Part shown: positions 12,437 through 21,304 of the stretch, in pieces
Layout of the letters: every line of letters begins with the position of its first letter
Numbering within the stretch: the first letter of the stretch is position 1
Origin: an uncultured Gammaproteobacteria bacterium
GTDB taxonomy: Bacteria > Pseudomonadota > Gammaproteobacteria > Steroidobacterales > Woeseiaceae
NCBI GenBank assembly: GCA_963800915.1
Contig: CAWDCR010000012.1
Coordinates: 11,255 to 75,254 of the forward strand
Length of the DNA: 64,000 bases
Direction: 5' to 3'
Notes under the pieces: generated by a model
The model's input: the letters and a program-made list of their open reading frames with translations, nothing else
Databases searched by the model: none
Told to the model about the DNA's origin: nothing
Program-made: the position numbers and the translations under genes

Positions 12437-12904
12437 ATGCTCGCAACCTGGGAACTGCTGTCTTACGTCGTCACCGTCATCGGCCTGCCGCTGGCGATCG
12501 TCGTTTATCTGCTCGAAAAGCACCAGGAACGGCTCAACGATGAAGACGATGTTTATGAACGCCTGTCCCGTAACTACCAGGACTTTCTGCAGCTCGCCTT
12601 GGACAATCCGGACTTGAAGCTGCTGTCGCAGACCCATACGCCGAACATGACGCCGGAGCAGGAGGAGCGTATGCAGGCGATATTCGGCATGCTGATTGCG
12701 CTGTTCGAGCGGGCGTTTCTGCTGCTCTATGACAGGAGCCTGAAAGGCAAGGAACTACGCCGCTGGCGCTCATGGGAAGACTTCATGCAGGAGTGGTGCG
12801 AACGGGAAGACTTCCGCAGTTCGTTGCCGAACCTGACTCGCGGCGAAGACCCCGAGTTCGCGGATTACATCAAGGGATTGGCGGGCAAATACGCGCGGGC
12901 GTAA
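12437..12904 (+). CDS. Conserved hypothetical protein, single N-terminal TM (DUF4760-like)
   Basis: One TM then a helical domain (ALFERAF, WRSWEDFM); extended -10 TGgCATAAT ends 7 nt before ATG, suggesting a leaderless mRNA. Confidence 0.7.
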   Translation: MLATWELLSYVVTVIGLPLAIVVYLLEKHQERLNDEDDVYERLSRNYQDFLQLALDNPDLKLLSQTHTPNMTPEQEERMQAIFGMLIALFERAFLLLYDRSLKGKELRRWRSWEDFMQEWCEREDFRSSLPNLTRGEDPEFADYIKGLAGKYARA

Positions 12905-12920
12905 TGGCGCGCGGCACAAC

Positions 12921-13000
12921 GCGAATAGGGGTCGAACCGATTTAATCGCGCGAATAGGGGTCGAACCGATTTAATTAACACTCATAGCGAACAGGGGTCG
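12921..13000 (+). repeat. GCGAATAGGGGTCGAACCGATTTAAT x2 plus a degenerate third copy
   Basis: Exact 26-bp copies at 12921-12946 and 12950-12975; GCGAACAGGGGTCG at 12987-13000. Confidence 0.92.
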
Positions 13001-13120
13001 CCGCTGAATCCGCTGCCGCCAGCTTTAGCTGAAACTGCTGCGGCAGAGAGCGGTACAATGCGCGAGGAATCCGACTGAAGGTGAGCAGTCCTTGTCAGCA
13101 ATAGAATTCGGGTATCGACA

Positions 13121-14938
13121 ATGAGTCTGATGGCGGAGCTCAAGCGCCGCAACGTGCTTCGTGTCGCGTTTGCCTACCTCGCCGGTGCCTGGTTGCTGAT
13201 CCAGATCGTCGAGACGCTGTTTCCGGTGTTCGGGCTGAGTGATGGTGCCATTCGGGCCTTCGTTATCATCGTTGCCATCGGCTTCGTGCCGGTCCTGGTC
13301 CTTGCCTGGGTGTTCGAACTGACGCCGGAAGGCCTGATGCGTGAGTCCGAGATCGATCGCGACCAATCGATTTCAGCGGCGACCGGCAAGAAATTCGATC
13401 GGGTGATCGTCGCAGCGCTGGCACTGGCGCTCACCTATTTTGCGGTCGACAAGTTTGTGATATCAGCGCAGCGCGAGGCGCAGCTGGTTGAATCGGCAAC
13501 ACAGGTCGGCCTGGAACAAGCGCGCGAGGAGCAAGGAGCGCCCGACGCGGCAGCGCTCTACGAGTCCATTGCCGTCTTACCGTTCCTGAACCTGAGCAAT
13601 GACAAGGAGAACGAGTATTTCTCCGACGGGCTGACTGAAACTCTTCTGCACATGCTGTCACAGCTGCCCGATCTCAGGGTTTCGGCGCGCACCTCGTCGT
13701 TCGTGTTCAAAGGTCAGCAGGTTGACGTTCGTGATGTCGCACTGGCCCTTGGCGTAGCGCATATTCTCGAGGGCAGCGTGCAGAAGTCCGGCAGCCGTAT
13801 TCGGGTCAATGCCACGCTGATCCGCGCTGCAGACGGATTCAACCTGTGGTCGAACAAGTACGACCGCACGCTGGATGACATCTTTGCGATCCAGGACGAG
13901 ATCGCGTTACGCATCTCGAGCAACCTGAACTCCACCCTGTCCGACGGCAACAAAGCCCGGCTGGCGGAACGCTACACCTCAAGCCCGGCCGCCTACGAGC
14001 TTTACCTGAAGGGCCGCTATCTCTGGAACCAGAGGACCAACCAGGGCTACCGGAAGGCCGTCGAGCTTTTTCAGCAGGCGATAGACCTGGACCCGAATTT
14101 TGCGCGCGCCTATGCCGGGCTGGCCGATGCGCAGGCGTTCTTGGAAGTGCCCGGAGTCGCACCCGCCCGGCAGTACGAGATCGCGCTCGGCGTCCTGCGC
14201 AAAGCGCTTGAGATCGACGACTCGCTCGGCGAGGCGCACGCGTCAATGGGCTTGCTTCTGCAAAACAAGGACTGGGATTTCGCCGGTGCCGCAAAGGAGT
14301 ACCAGCGGGCGATCGACCAGATGCCGAGTTACGCCAGCGCGTATCACTGGTACGGCGAGCTGTTGGTCCAGTTGCGGCAGTTCGATGAGGCTTTCGAACT
14401 CTATCGGCAGGCCGCGGTACTTGATCCGCTGTCGCCAGCCATCAGTTCGGACGCCGGACTGGCGTGGTACCTTGCGCGCGACTATGAGCGTGCCATCGCA
14501 GAGCTGCGCAAAAGTATCGATGCGGATCCGACCTTCAGCAGAACCCACACTTATCTCGCCGGCGTGCACGCAGAGCTTGGACAGTACGCCGAATCGATAG
14601 CCGCGCTGCAGCAAGGCTGGCTGCTCGCCGGTGAGAGTGCCGCCGACGTTGAGCGGAAGATCACCCGCCTGCGGGCTGCCTTGGAGAGTTCAGGTCCACA
14701 AGGATTCTGGCAGCAGCAGCTTGAGCTGGCGCTGTCGTCCCCCGGCCCCGAGCGCCCCGTCGATACCGCAAAACTGTACGCTCGCACCGGCGCCAGCGAC
14801 GAGGCGTTCGCACTCCTTGAGAAAGCGTTTGCCGACCGGCTGTTCGATATGCTCTACCTGAACGTGGACCCGGCGTGGGACAGTCTGCGCGACGATCCGC
14901 GCTTTGACGATCTGCTGCGCCGCATCGGCTTTCCCTGA
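13121..14938 (+). CDS. Membrane-anchored TolB-like-domain/TPR protein
   Basis: ELKRRNVLRV...WVFELTPEGL 3-TM N-terminus; SIAVLPFLNLS...YFSDGLTE; TPRs; ends DPAWDSLRDDPRF. Confidence 0.85.
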   Translation: MSLMAELKRRNVLRVAFAYLAGAWLLIQIVETLFPVFGLSDGAIRAFVIIVAIGFVPVLVLAWVFELTPEGLMRESEIDRDQSISAATGKKFDRVIVAALALALTYFAVDKFVISAQREAQLVESATQVGLEQAREEQGAPDAAALYESIAVLPFLNLSNDKENEYFSDGLTETLLHMLSQLPDLRVSARTSSFVFKGQQVDVRDVALALGVAHILEGSVQKSGSRIRVNATLIRAADGFNLWSNKYDRTLDDIFAIQDEIALRISSNLNSTLSDGNKARLAERYTSSPAAYELYLKGRYLWNQRTNQGYRKAVELFQQAIDLDPNFARAYAGLADAQAFLEVPGVAPARQYEIALGVLRKALEIDDSLGEAHASMGLLLQNKDWDFAGAAKEYQRAIDQMPSYASAYHWYGELLVQLRQFDEAFELYRQAAVLDPLSPAISSDAGLAWYLARDYERAIAELRKSIDADPTFSRTHTYLAGVHAELGQYAESIAALQQGWLLAGESAADVERKITRLRAALESSGPQGFWQQQLELALSSPGPERPVDTAKLYARTGASDEAFALLEKAFADRLFDMLYLNVDPAWDSLRDDPRFDDLLRRIGFP

Positions 14939-15036
14939 ATAGGGGTCGAACCGAATTCAGAATAGGGGTCGAACCGAATTTAACGACACTTTGCCGCAGA
15001 GAATAGGGGTCGAACCGAATTTAACGACACTTTGCC
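14937..15036 (+). repeat. GAATAGGGGTCGAACCGAATT x3 upstream of the Y1 nuclease
   Basis: Copies at 14937, 14960, 15001; copies 2 and 3 share 36 bp (...TAACGACACTTTGCC). Confidence 0.93.
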
Positions 15037-15084
15037 TGAATTTGGCCATAGCTCACAAAAGCCGACTCGGCACACAATTCGGCG

Positions 15085-15774
15085 ATGCCACGCCAATGCA
15101 GATATTTCCTTCCCGGCATTCCGCAACACGTCGTAACACGCGGCGTAGACAGGCAAGCCGTATTCTTCCACGAGCAGGATTACACGCTTTATCTAGAAGC
15201 ATTGCAGGATGCGGCGGCAGGAAATGATTGTTTGATCCATGCCTATGTCCTGATGACCAATCACGTGCATCTGTTGGTCACGCCAGGACAGGAAAGATCA
15301 TTGCCCCTGATGATGCAGGCAATGGGGAGAAACTACGTTCAGCGATTGAACGTTCGCTACGGCCGAACCGGCACACTTTGGCAGGGACGTTACAAAGCCA
15401 GTCTGGTCCAGGACAGCGGTTACCTGCTGACCTGTCAGCGATACATCGAGCTCAACCCGGTTCGTTCCCGTCTGGTTGCCGCACCCGGCGACTACCCGTA
15501 CTCGAGTTATGCTTACCACGCTGGGGGAAGCGATGACGCGCTGATCACGGCGCACGCTGGCTACCTTGACCTGGCTGTCGACCCGTCAGCGCGGCAACAA
15601 GCCTATCGAAGGCTCTTCCAAGACCTGATTGACGAAGCGTTACTGACCAGGATTCGTAAGGACACCAATGCTTGTGGAGTAATTGGCGATAGTCGTTTCA
15701 AGGAGCAGATAGAAGCGATGTTGGGCCGCACTGTGCCAACCGGCGAGCGTGGCAGGCCAAGGGTGAGTCAATAA
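15085..15774 (+). mobile_element. HUH Y1 tyrosine transposase/nuclease (RAYT-like, IS200/IS605 TnpA superfamily)
   Basis: MPR...PGIPQHVVTRG, YVLMTNHVH (HUH), GTLWQGRY, catalytic YIELNPVR, YPYSSY, C-terminal RGRP. Confidence 0.9.
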
Positions 15775-15830
15775 AGAAAATCGGTTCGACCCCTATATCG
15801 AATAAAGAAAATCGGTTCGACCCCTATATC
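15770..15830 (-). repeat. Inverted copies of the same repeat x2 downstream of the Y1 nuclease
   Basis: AATAAAGAAAATCGGTTCGACCCCTATATC at 15770-15799 and 15801-15830; reverse complement contains TAGGGGTCGAACCGATTT. Confidence 0.93.
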
Positions 15831-18800
15831 TCAGGCCGTCTTCGCATCCCGCATCGACAGTGATCTTTCGATGCTGATGTAGCCGCTGTTGGCGAGCGCC
15901 AAGGGATCGGCCTGCAGCGCCTGGTAAAGCCTGTCTGCGGAATCGTGCCACTGTTCACCGCGGATGCCGACCCAGGCGTTGCGTTGTTCCTTGGCAAGGT
16001 ACATCGCCGCGTCGGCGACGCCGAGTGCCTGCTCCCAGTTCAGAAGCCCGGGCGCATTCGGCAGAAACGGGAATCCCGCAAAGCCAATCGAACAGCTGGT
16101 GTGTTCAATTCGGCCGTTGCCGACCGAAAAAGCGGTGTCGGCAATGTTCGCGCGCAGGCGCTCCGCCAGCATGCTGGCTTCCGTGTAGGAAGGATCGCGG
16201 CACACGATCAGGAATTCATCGCCACCCCAGCGAATGACGATATCGGATGAGCGGCAGACGCTGTGCAGCACGTCGCGCACCTGCAGCAGTACCCGGTCGC
16301 CGGCAAGGTGTCCGCAGGTATCGTTGATCGGTTTGAAGTTATCCAGATCAACCATGATGAAGACGAGGTTCGGCGTGCTGTCAGAGCCTGTGCGTTGCTT
16401 GCTACGGCGCTCGTACTCCGGTGCGTCTTCCCTGAGCACTTCCTCAAACAGGTAACGGCGATTGTGCAGCCCGGTCAGCGCGTCGGTAAAACTGGCTTCA
16501 CGCAGCCGGTCGTTCGCGTCATGAAGCTCGGAGTTACTTGCGGCAAGATCACTGGTCCTGTCGCTGACCTCCAGTTCAAGGCGTTTGCTGTACTCGGCTT
16601 CACGCTCGAGCTTGCGCTTGTGGAACCGGTAAAGCAGATAGATGGCGCTAACCAGCAGAATAAAGTAGAGCGCGTATGCCGAGGGTCGCAGCCACGGCGG
16701 ATGCGCGACGTTGATCGCAATACTCAGTTCCTCGTCGCTCCAGACGCCATCGCTGTTAGCGCCGCGCACCAGGAATTCGTGGCGCCCGCCCGGCAGGTCG
16801 GTGTAGGTTGCGGTGCGGGTTGTACCGGCCTGAACCCATTCGCGATCGAATCCTTCCAGCTTGTAGGCGTAGCGGTTCCGCGATGGCGCGGTGTATTCCA
16901 GCGCCGCAAACTCGAAGCTGACCATGTCCTCAACGTAATCGAGCGACAGGCCGGAAAGGTATTCATAAGCGACGCCGGTATCGGCCGGCTGGTTGAACTT
17001 GCTGATACCCGTCAGTACCACGCGTGGCGCGATCGCCTTGACCTCGCGGCCGATCGGGTCGAACGCATTGAAACCGTTGTTGCCGCCGAAATAGACGGTA
17101 CCCGAGTGGTCGACGAAGTAGGCGCCGAAGTTGAACTCCTCGCCCTGCAGTCCGTCGCTGACATGAAAGTTGCGCATCTCGCCGCTCGCAGGATCGAAGC
17201 GGCTGATGCCGTAGTTCGTGCTTAACCAGAGTCGGCCCAGGGAGTCAGAGAGAACGCCGTACACGACGTCATTCGATAAACCGTCGGCCTGCGTGATTGA
17301 CGAAAAACCGCCGGGCGCGCTCGCGTTGCCGACACTCGGCAGGAAGCGGTTAAGCCCGGCACGTGTGCCGGCCCACAGGTTGCCGGCCCTGTCCACGTGC
17401 AGCGAGTAGACGGCATTGCTGCTGAGACTGTTGCTTTCGTTCGGATCGAACGTGAAGTGATCCCAGCCACTTTGATCAGCATTGAGTCGATTGAGTCCGC
17501 CGCCGCTGGTCGCAACCCACAGCGCACCCGTCGCATCTTCGACCAGCGCCGTTGCATTCGGGTTGGATAAGGAACCGGGCACCGCCGGATCGTGAGGAAA
17601 ATTGGTGAAGCTGTCGGAGACGCTGTCGTAGCGGCTGACGCCACCGCCGAAGGTGCCGATCCAGACCGTGCCGTCGGCGCCCTTGTACAACGACATGATG
17701 CCGTTCGCGGGGATGGTCCGGGCGTTCTTCGCATCGTGCCTGTAAACCGAGACCTTAGCCGTTAGCGGATTAATTCGATTCAGGCCGCCGTGCATCGTGC
17801 CGGCCCAGATCATGCCATCGTCATCGGTCAGCAACGCCATGACCACATCGTCGCTCAGGCTGTTGGTACCGGCCCGCAGCTGCGTCTTCAGCTCAAGTGC
17901 GGAATCGAGAATCATGATGCCGTTGCCGAAGGTGCCCACCCACAGCTGTCCGTTCTGGTCACGCGTAAACGACGTTATCTTCGGCGTCTGGCTGTTCTGG
18001 TCGCTGGTCTCGGGGCGAAAGTGACCGAACAGCCAGGAGCGCGCGTTCCACTTGTTGATGCCGCCGGTTTTCGTGCCGACCCACAGTACACCGCTGCGGT
18101 CTTCGAAGATCGACGTAACGTAGTTATCGCTGAGGCTGCTCGGGTCGGTAGGGTCGTTGCGGTAGCGGGTGAATGAATCACGCTCGGTGTTCATCAGGTT
18201 CAGGCCGTCATTGGTGCCGACCCAGAGGCGTCCCGCCGAATCCTCGAAGATCGCTTCCACCCGGTTGCTGGAAAGCGAATGCGTATCGGCTTCGTCGTTG
18301 CGCAAAAAATTCGAAGTCACCGCTGGTTTCATCGAGCACGGCAAGTCCATGCAGCGCGGTACCGACGAGCAGCTTGCCGCGATTGTCGCGTCGAATCGCA
18401 AGCACGCGGTTGTCACCGCCTGTCCCGCCTTCCAGCCCGAGCCCGAAGCGCTGCAACTGGCCCGTCGCCGGATCGAGGCGGTCAACGCCTTCGCCGGTAC
18501 CAATCCAGAGGCTGCCATCCGCATCGAGCCAGAGTGCGTGAACCCGGTTGTCACTCAGCGACGCCGGGTTGCCGGCCTCGTGCTTGTAAACATCGACCTT
18601 GCCGCTGGCCGGATCGAGGCGCCGCAGGCCGTCGCGCATCGTGCCGACCCAGATCCAGCCGCGTGGATCTGCGAGTGTCCTGCGCAGGTTGTTGGCACCC
18701 GGTGAATCCGGTTTTTCCGGATCGACACGATAAACAGTCATGTCAATTGGATTGCCGCGGCGTCGCACCAGGCCGCCGCCATCGGTCGACAACCACAGGT

Positions 18801-19239
18801 CACCCGCGGCGTCGACGGCCATGTCGGTAATAAAGTCATTGGGCAAGCTGCGCGGATCGTCGCGCAGGCGCCGCGATACAGTGAAGTCGTAGCCGTCAAA
18901 ACGGTTCAGGCCGCTTTCGGTGGCAAACCACATGAAACCGGATGAGTCCTGCACGATCTGGTTGATGGCGCTCTGCGACAGACCGTCATCGCGGTCGTAG
19001 TGGGCGAAGCGCATCGGTTGCGAAGTCGAAGCCGAAGTCGAGGCTGCAGGTGCTGCGTGCGCCTGCGATCCGCCAAGCGGGTTGCCGGCGGCGAACAGCA
19101 GAATCACAAACGCTGTGACGGCATTCGCCGTCAGCGCGCGTGCGGAATCCAGGCAGCGGCAGGCACGTAACAAAAACGATTCTGCGGCAGCGCTATATCC
19201 GGAAAGATTCCGACGGTTCGACATGCATAGCTCGCCCAA
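15831..19239 (-). CDS. Diguanylate cyclase with periplasmic Reg_prop beta-propellers and Y_Y_Y domain; +1 frameshift in A6 run 18304-18309
   Basis: Repeated SL(S/P)xN...D..G.LW(V/I)GT units; YAYKLEGFD...YTDLPGG; TM; TDALTGLHNRR; RSSD I-site; RWGGDEF. Removing one base gives DFEFLRNDEAD. Confidence 0.88.
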
Positions 19240-19281
19240 CGATAACTAAATGAAATTAGAAAAGAATACGGTCGCCGGGGG

Positions 19282-19297
19282 AGTGATTCATGTCTCA
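19282..19297. promoter_or_regulatory. CRP/Clp-type box upstream of the DGC
   Basis: AGTGA-N6-TCTCA, 8/10 match to TGTGA-N6-TCACA. Confidence 0.5.
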
Positions 19298-19311
19298 ATT
19301 CCGGCCAAATT

Positions 19312-19370
19312 GCGGTGTTCCGCGGTGTTCCGCGGTGTTCCGGGTGTTCCGGGGTGTTTCGGGCTGTTCC
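19312..19370. repeat. ~10-bp tandem repeat GCGGTGTTCC x6 (degenerating)
   Basis: Three exact and three variant units. Confidence 0.85.
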
Positions 19371-19375
19371 GCGGG

Positions 19376-19403
19376 CGGGCGGGTTCTGTCGCGAACCCGC
19401 CCG
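19376..19403 (-). terminator. GC hairpin just after the protease stop (no clear U-tract)
   Basis: CGGGCGGGTTC-N6-GAACCCGCCCG, 11-bp stem. Confidence 0.5.
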
Positions 19404-19419
19404 GACTCCGCCTCGCCGT

Positions 19420-21162
19420 TTATTCCTGGTTTACCCAGGTGTTGATCGACATGGCTTCGGTCAGGCTGTTGGACCACAGGTAGCCGTTGGACCAGAGATA
19501 ACCGTCGGACCAGAGATAGCCGTCAGACCACAGGTAGCCGTCGGACCAGAGGTAGCCGTTCGCATTGGTGCTGCCATCCGTCCACAGATAGCCGTCGGAC
19601 CACAGGTAACCATCGCTCCACAGGTAGCCATCCGACCACAGGTAGCCGTTACCGCCAACGCCGTTGTTGCTCCACAGGTAGCCGTCCAGCCCCATAAGGT
19701 AATAGTTGCCGGCTTCGTCCTGGTTGGCGCGGCCGCCGAAGTGCTTGGTGCCGGCAATGTCCGCTTTAATGTCGAGACCGTTGTTGGCGCAGTCGTGGTT
19801 CCAGTTGTAGACCGCATCGTAGGCGTTAACGAGGCCGGCGCCCTGCTGGAACACGGAGTAGGCGAGGCTGCCATCGGCGTTGGTGGCCGGGCGCGCCGCC
19901 GACATGAGCTTGCACTTGACCGCATCGGGGGAGATGCCGGGTTCCATTTGCAGGATCAGCGCAGCGACACCACTGATCACGGCAGTCGCCTGCGAGGTGC
20001 CGGACATCGTGAAGTACTTGTCGCCGTCATGGTAACTGCTGTGTTCGGTGGCAAGCACGGCAGAATTCTGCATGATGCCGATCATATGGCCGCCCGGTGC
20101 GACGATTTCCGGCTTCACGAAGCCTTCAACGGTCGGACCGGCCGAGCTGAATGTTGCCAGCACGTCGTCGCTGCCGTCAGCCGGCGTGTAGCTGTCGGTC
20201 ATGGCGCCGACGGTAATGACATACGGCACGTTGCCGGGTACGCCAATCGTCTGTGCTGCGGGACCGGTGTTGCCGGCGGATGCGACCACAACAATGCCGG
20301 CATCCCATGCGGCCATGACCGCCTGGTTCAGCGGATCGTCCCAGTAGTGCGAGCGTGCCGGTGCGCTTAACGACATGTTGATGATATCGATGCCGTACTT
20401 CTGGTGATTTGCGACGATCCAGTCGATAGCGCGAATGACGTCTGCGTAGCTGCCCTGGCCATTCTCGCCCAGCGCCGTTACAGGAATCAGTCGGGCACCC
20501 GGCGCGATGCCGTTGTAAGAGCCATTAATGTTACGGCTGCTGGCCGCAATACTGGTGACGTGGGAGCCATGGCCTGACTTGTCAGAGTCAAATGAGGTAG
20601 TGCTGTTTCGATAAACCGTTACCGAATCGTCAATCGCGTTGTAGCTTACCTTCCGGCGGACTTGACCGTAGCGGTCTTGCGCCAACCCTTGGTCGCCCAC
20701 CCACATGCCGGTATCGATGATCGCGATACCGACTGCCCAGCCGTCGATGCCCTGCTCGTGCAGCCGGTTGGCCTCGACCAGCGTCGGGAAGTAGGTTTCC
20801 ACTGCGTGGTTTGTGCCGCCATCAGGAGAAGTCGTGGTGTCGGATCCCTTGCCAGGCTTGCCCGATGCCTCGACAGTCGCGTTGCCGAACAGGCGGCTGA
20901 TCGCAACATGCTTGCGCAGGCGATTCGCCTGTTTCTCTGTCAGGTTAACGGCGACCGCACGAATCACGCTCAGCTCGTGGGTTACCTCGCCGTCGAGCTC
21001 GCTGACAGCGGCAAGCACGGCCTGAAAATCCTGGCCCTGCACGATGTAGCTGGTGCGAACTTCCGGCTCGCTGACGTGCTGCTGGACAAAAAGGCCAGCG
21101 GCAACCGCGAGGGCTGCGCCTAAGACGTAAAGCTTCAGAGGTGTCCAGTAGTTCATCGGCAT
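19420..21162 (-). CDS. Exported S8 subtilisin-like protease with propeptide and C-terminal GYLW hexapeptide repeats
   Basis: N-terminal hydrophobic signal/anchor; triad IAIIDTG, GHGSHV, MSGTSQA; oxyanion SAGN; 10 x (D/N)GYLW(S/T). Confidence 0.92.
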   Translation of the reverse strand: MPMNYWTPLKLYVLGAALAVAAGLFVQQHVSEPEVRTSYIVQGQDFQAVLAAVSELDGEVTHELSVIRAVAVNLTEKQANRLRKHVAISRLFGNATVEASGKPGKGSDTTTSPDGGTNHAVETYFPTLVEANRLHEQGIDGWAVGIAIIDTGMWVGDQGLAQDRYGQVRRKVSYNAIDDSVTVYRNSTTSFDSDKSGHGSHVTSIAASSRNINGSYNGIAPGARLIPVTALGENGQGSYADVIRAIDWIVANHQKYGIDIINMSLSAPARSHYWDDPLNQAVMAAWDAGIVVVASAGNTGPAAQTIGVPGNVPYVITVGAMTDSYTPADGSDDVLATFSSAGPTVEGFVKPEIVAPGGHMIGIMQNSAVLATEHSSYHDGDKYFTMSGTSQATAVISGVAALILQMEPGISPDAVKCKLMSAARPATNADGSLAYSVFQQGAGLVNAYDAVYNWNHDCANNGLDIKADIAGTKHFGGRANQDEAGNYYLMGLDGYLWSNNGVGGNGYLWSDGYLWSDGYLWSDGYLWTDGSTNANGYLWSDGYLWSDGYLWSDGYLWSNGYLWSNSLTEAMSINTWVNQE

Positions 21163-21277
21163 AATTCTCGGTTTGCGAATTGGAGAGACGACTTGGCAGG
21201 TCGCTCAGCGTGAAGCTATTTCACCAATTCGGGCCGGAAAATGGAGGTGTGCAGCGATCGTGCGGGCGGCGGCGGAC

Positions 21278-21293
21278 TGTGACGTGCGTCACA
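21278..21293. promoter_or_regulatory. Perfect CRP/Clp-type box upstream of the protease
   Basis: TGTGA-CGTGCG-TCACA (10/10), intergenic. Confidence 0.75.
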
Positions 21294-21304
21294 TAAGGGC
21301 CTGG

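Noticed and set aside
14937-15036. Repeat cluster as a mini-CRISPR array
   Set aside because: Gaps are only 2-20 bp and not unique spacers; no cas genes; inverted copies flank a Y1 nuclease.
15085-15774. Canonical IS200/IS605 element
   Set aside because: No tnpB and no clear subterminal hairpins; the protein is longer, RAYT-like, with multi-copy flanking repeats.
12329-15830. Integron
   Set aside because: No IntI tyrosine recombinase and no attC structure (RYYYAAC...GTTRRRY) found.
19471-19686. 18-bp periodic DNA as CRISPR or non-coding repeat
   Set aside because: In-frame coding repeat with synonymous variation.
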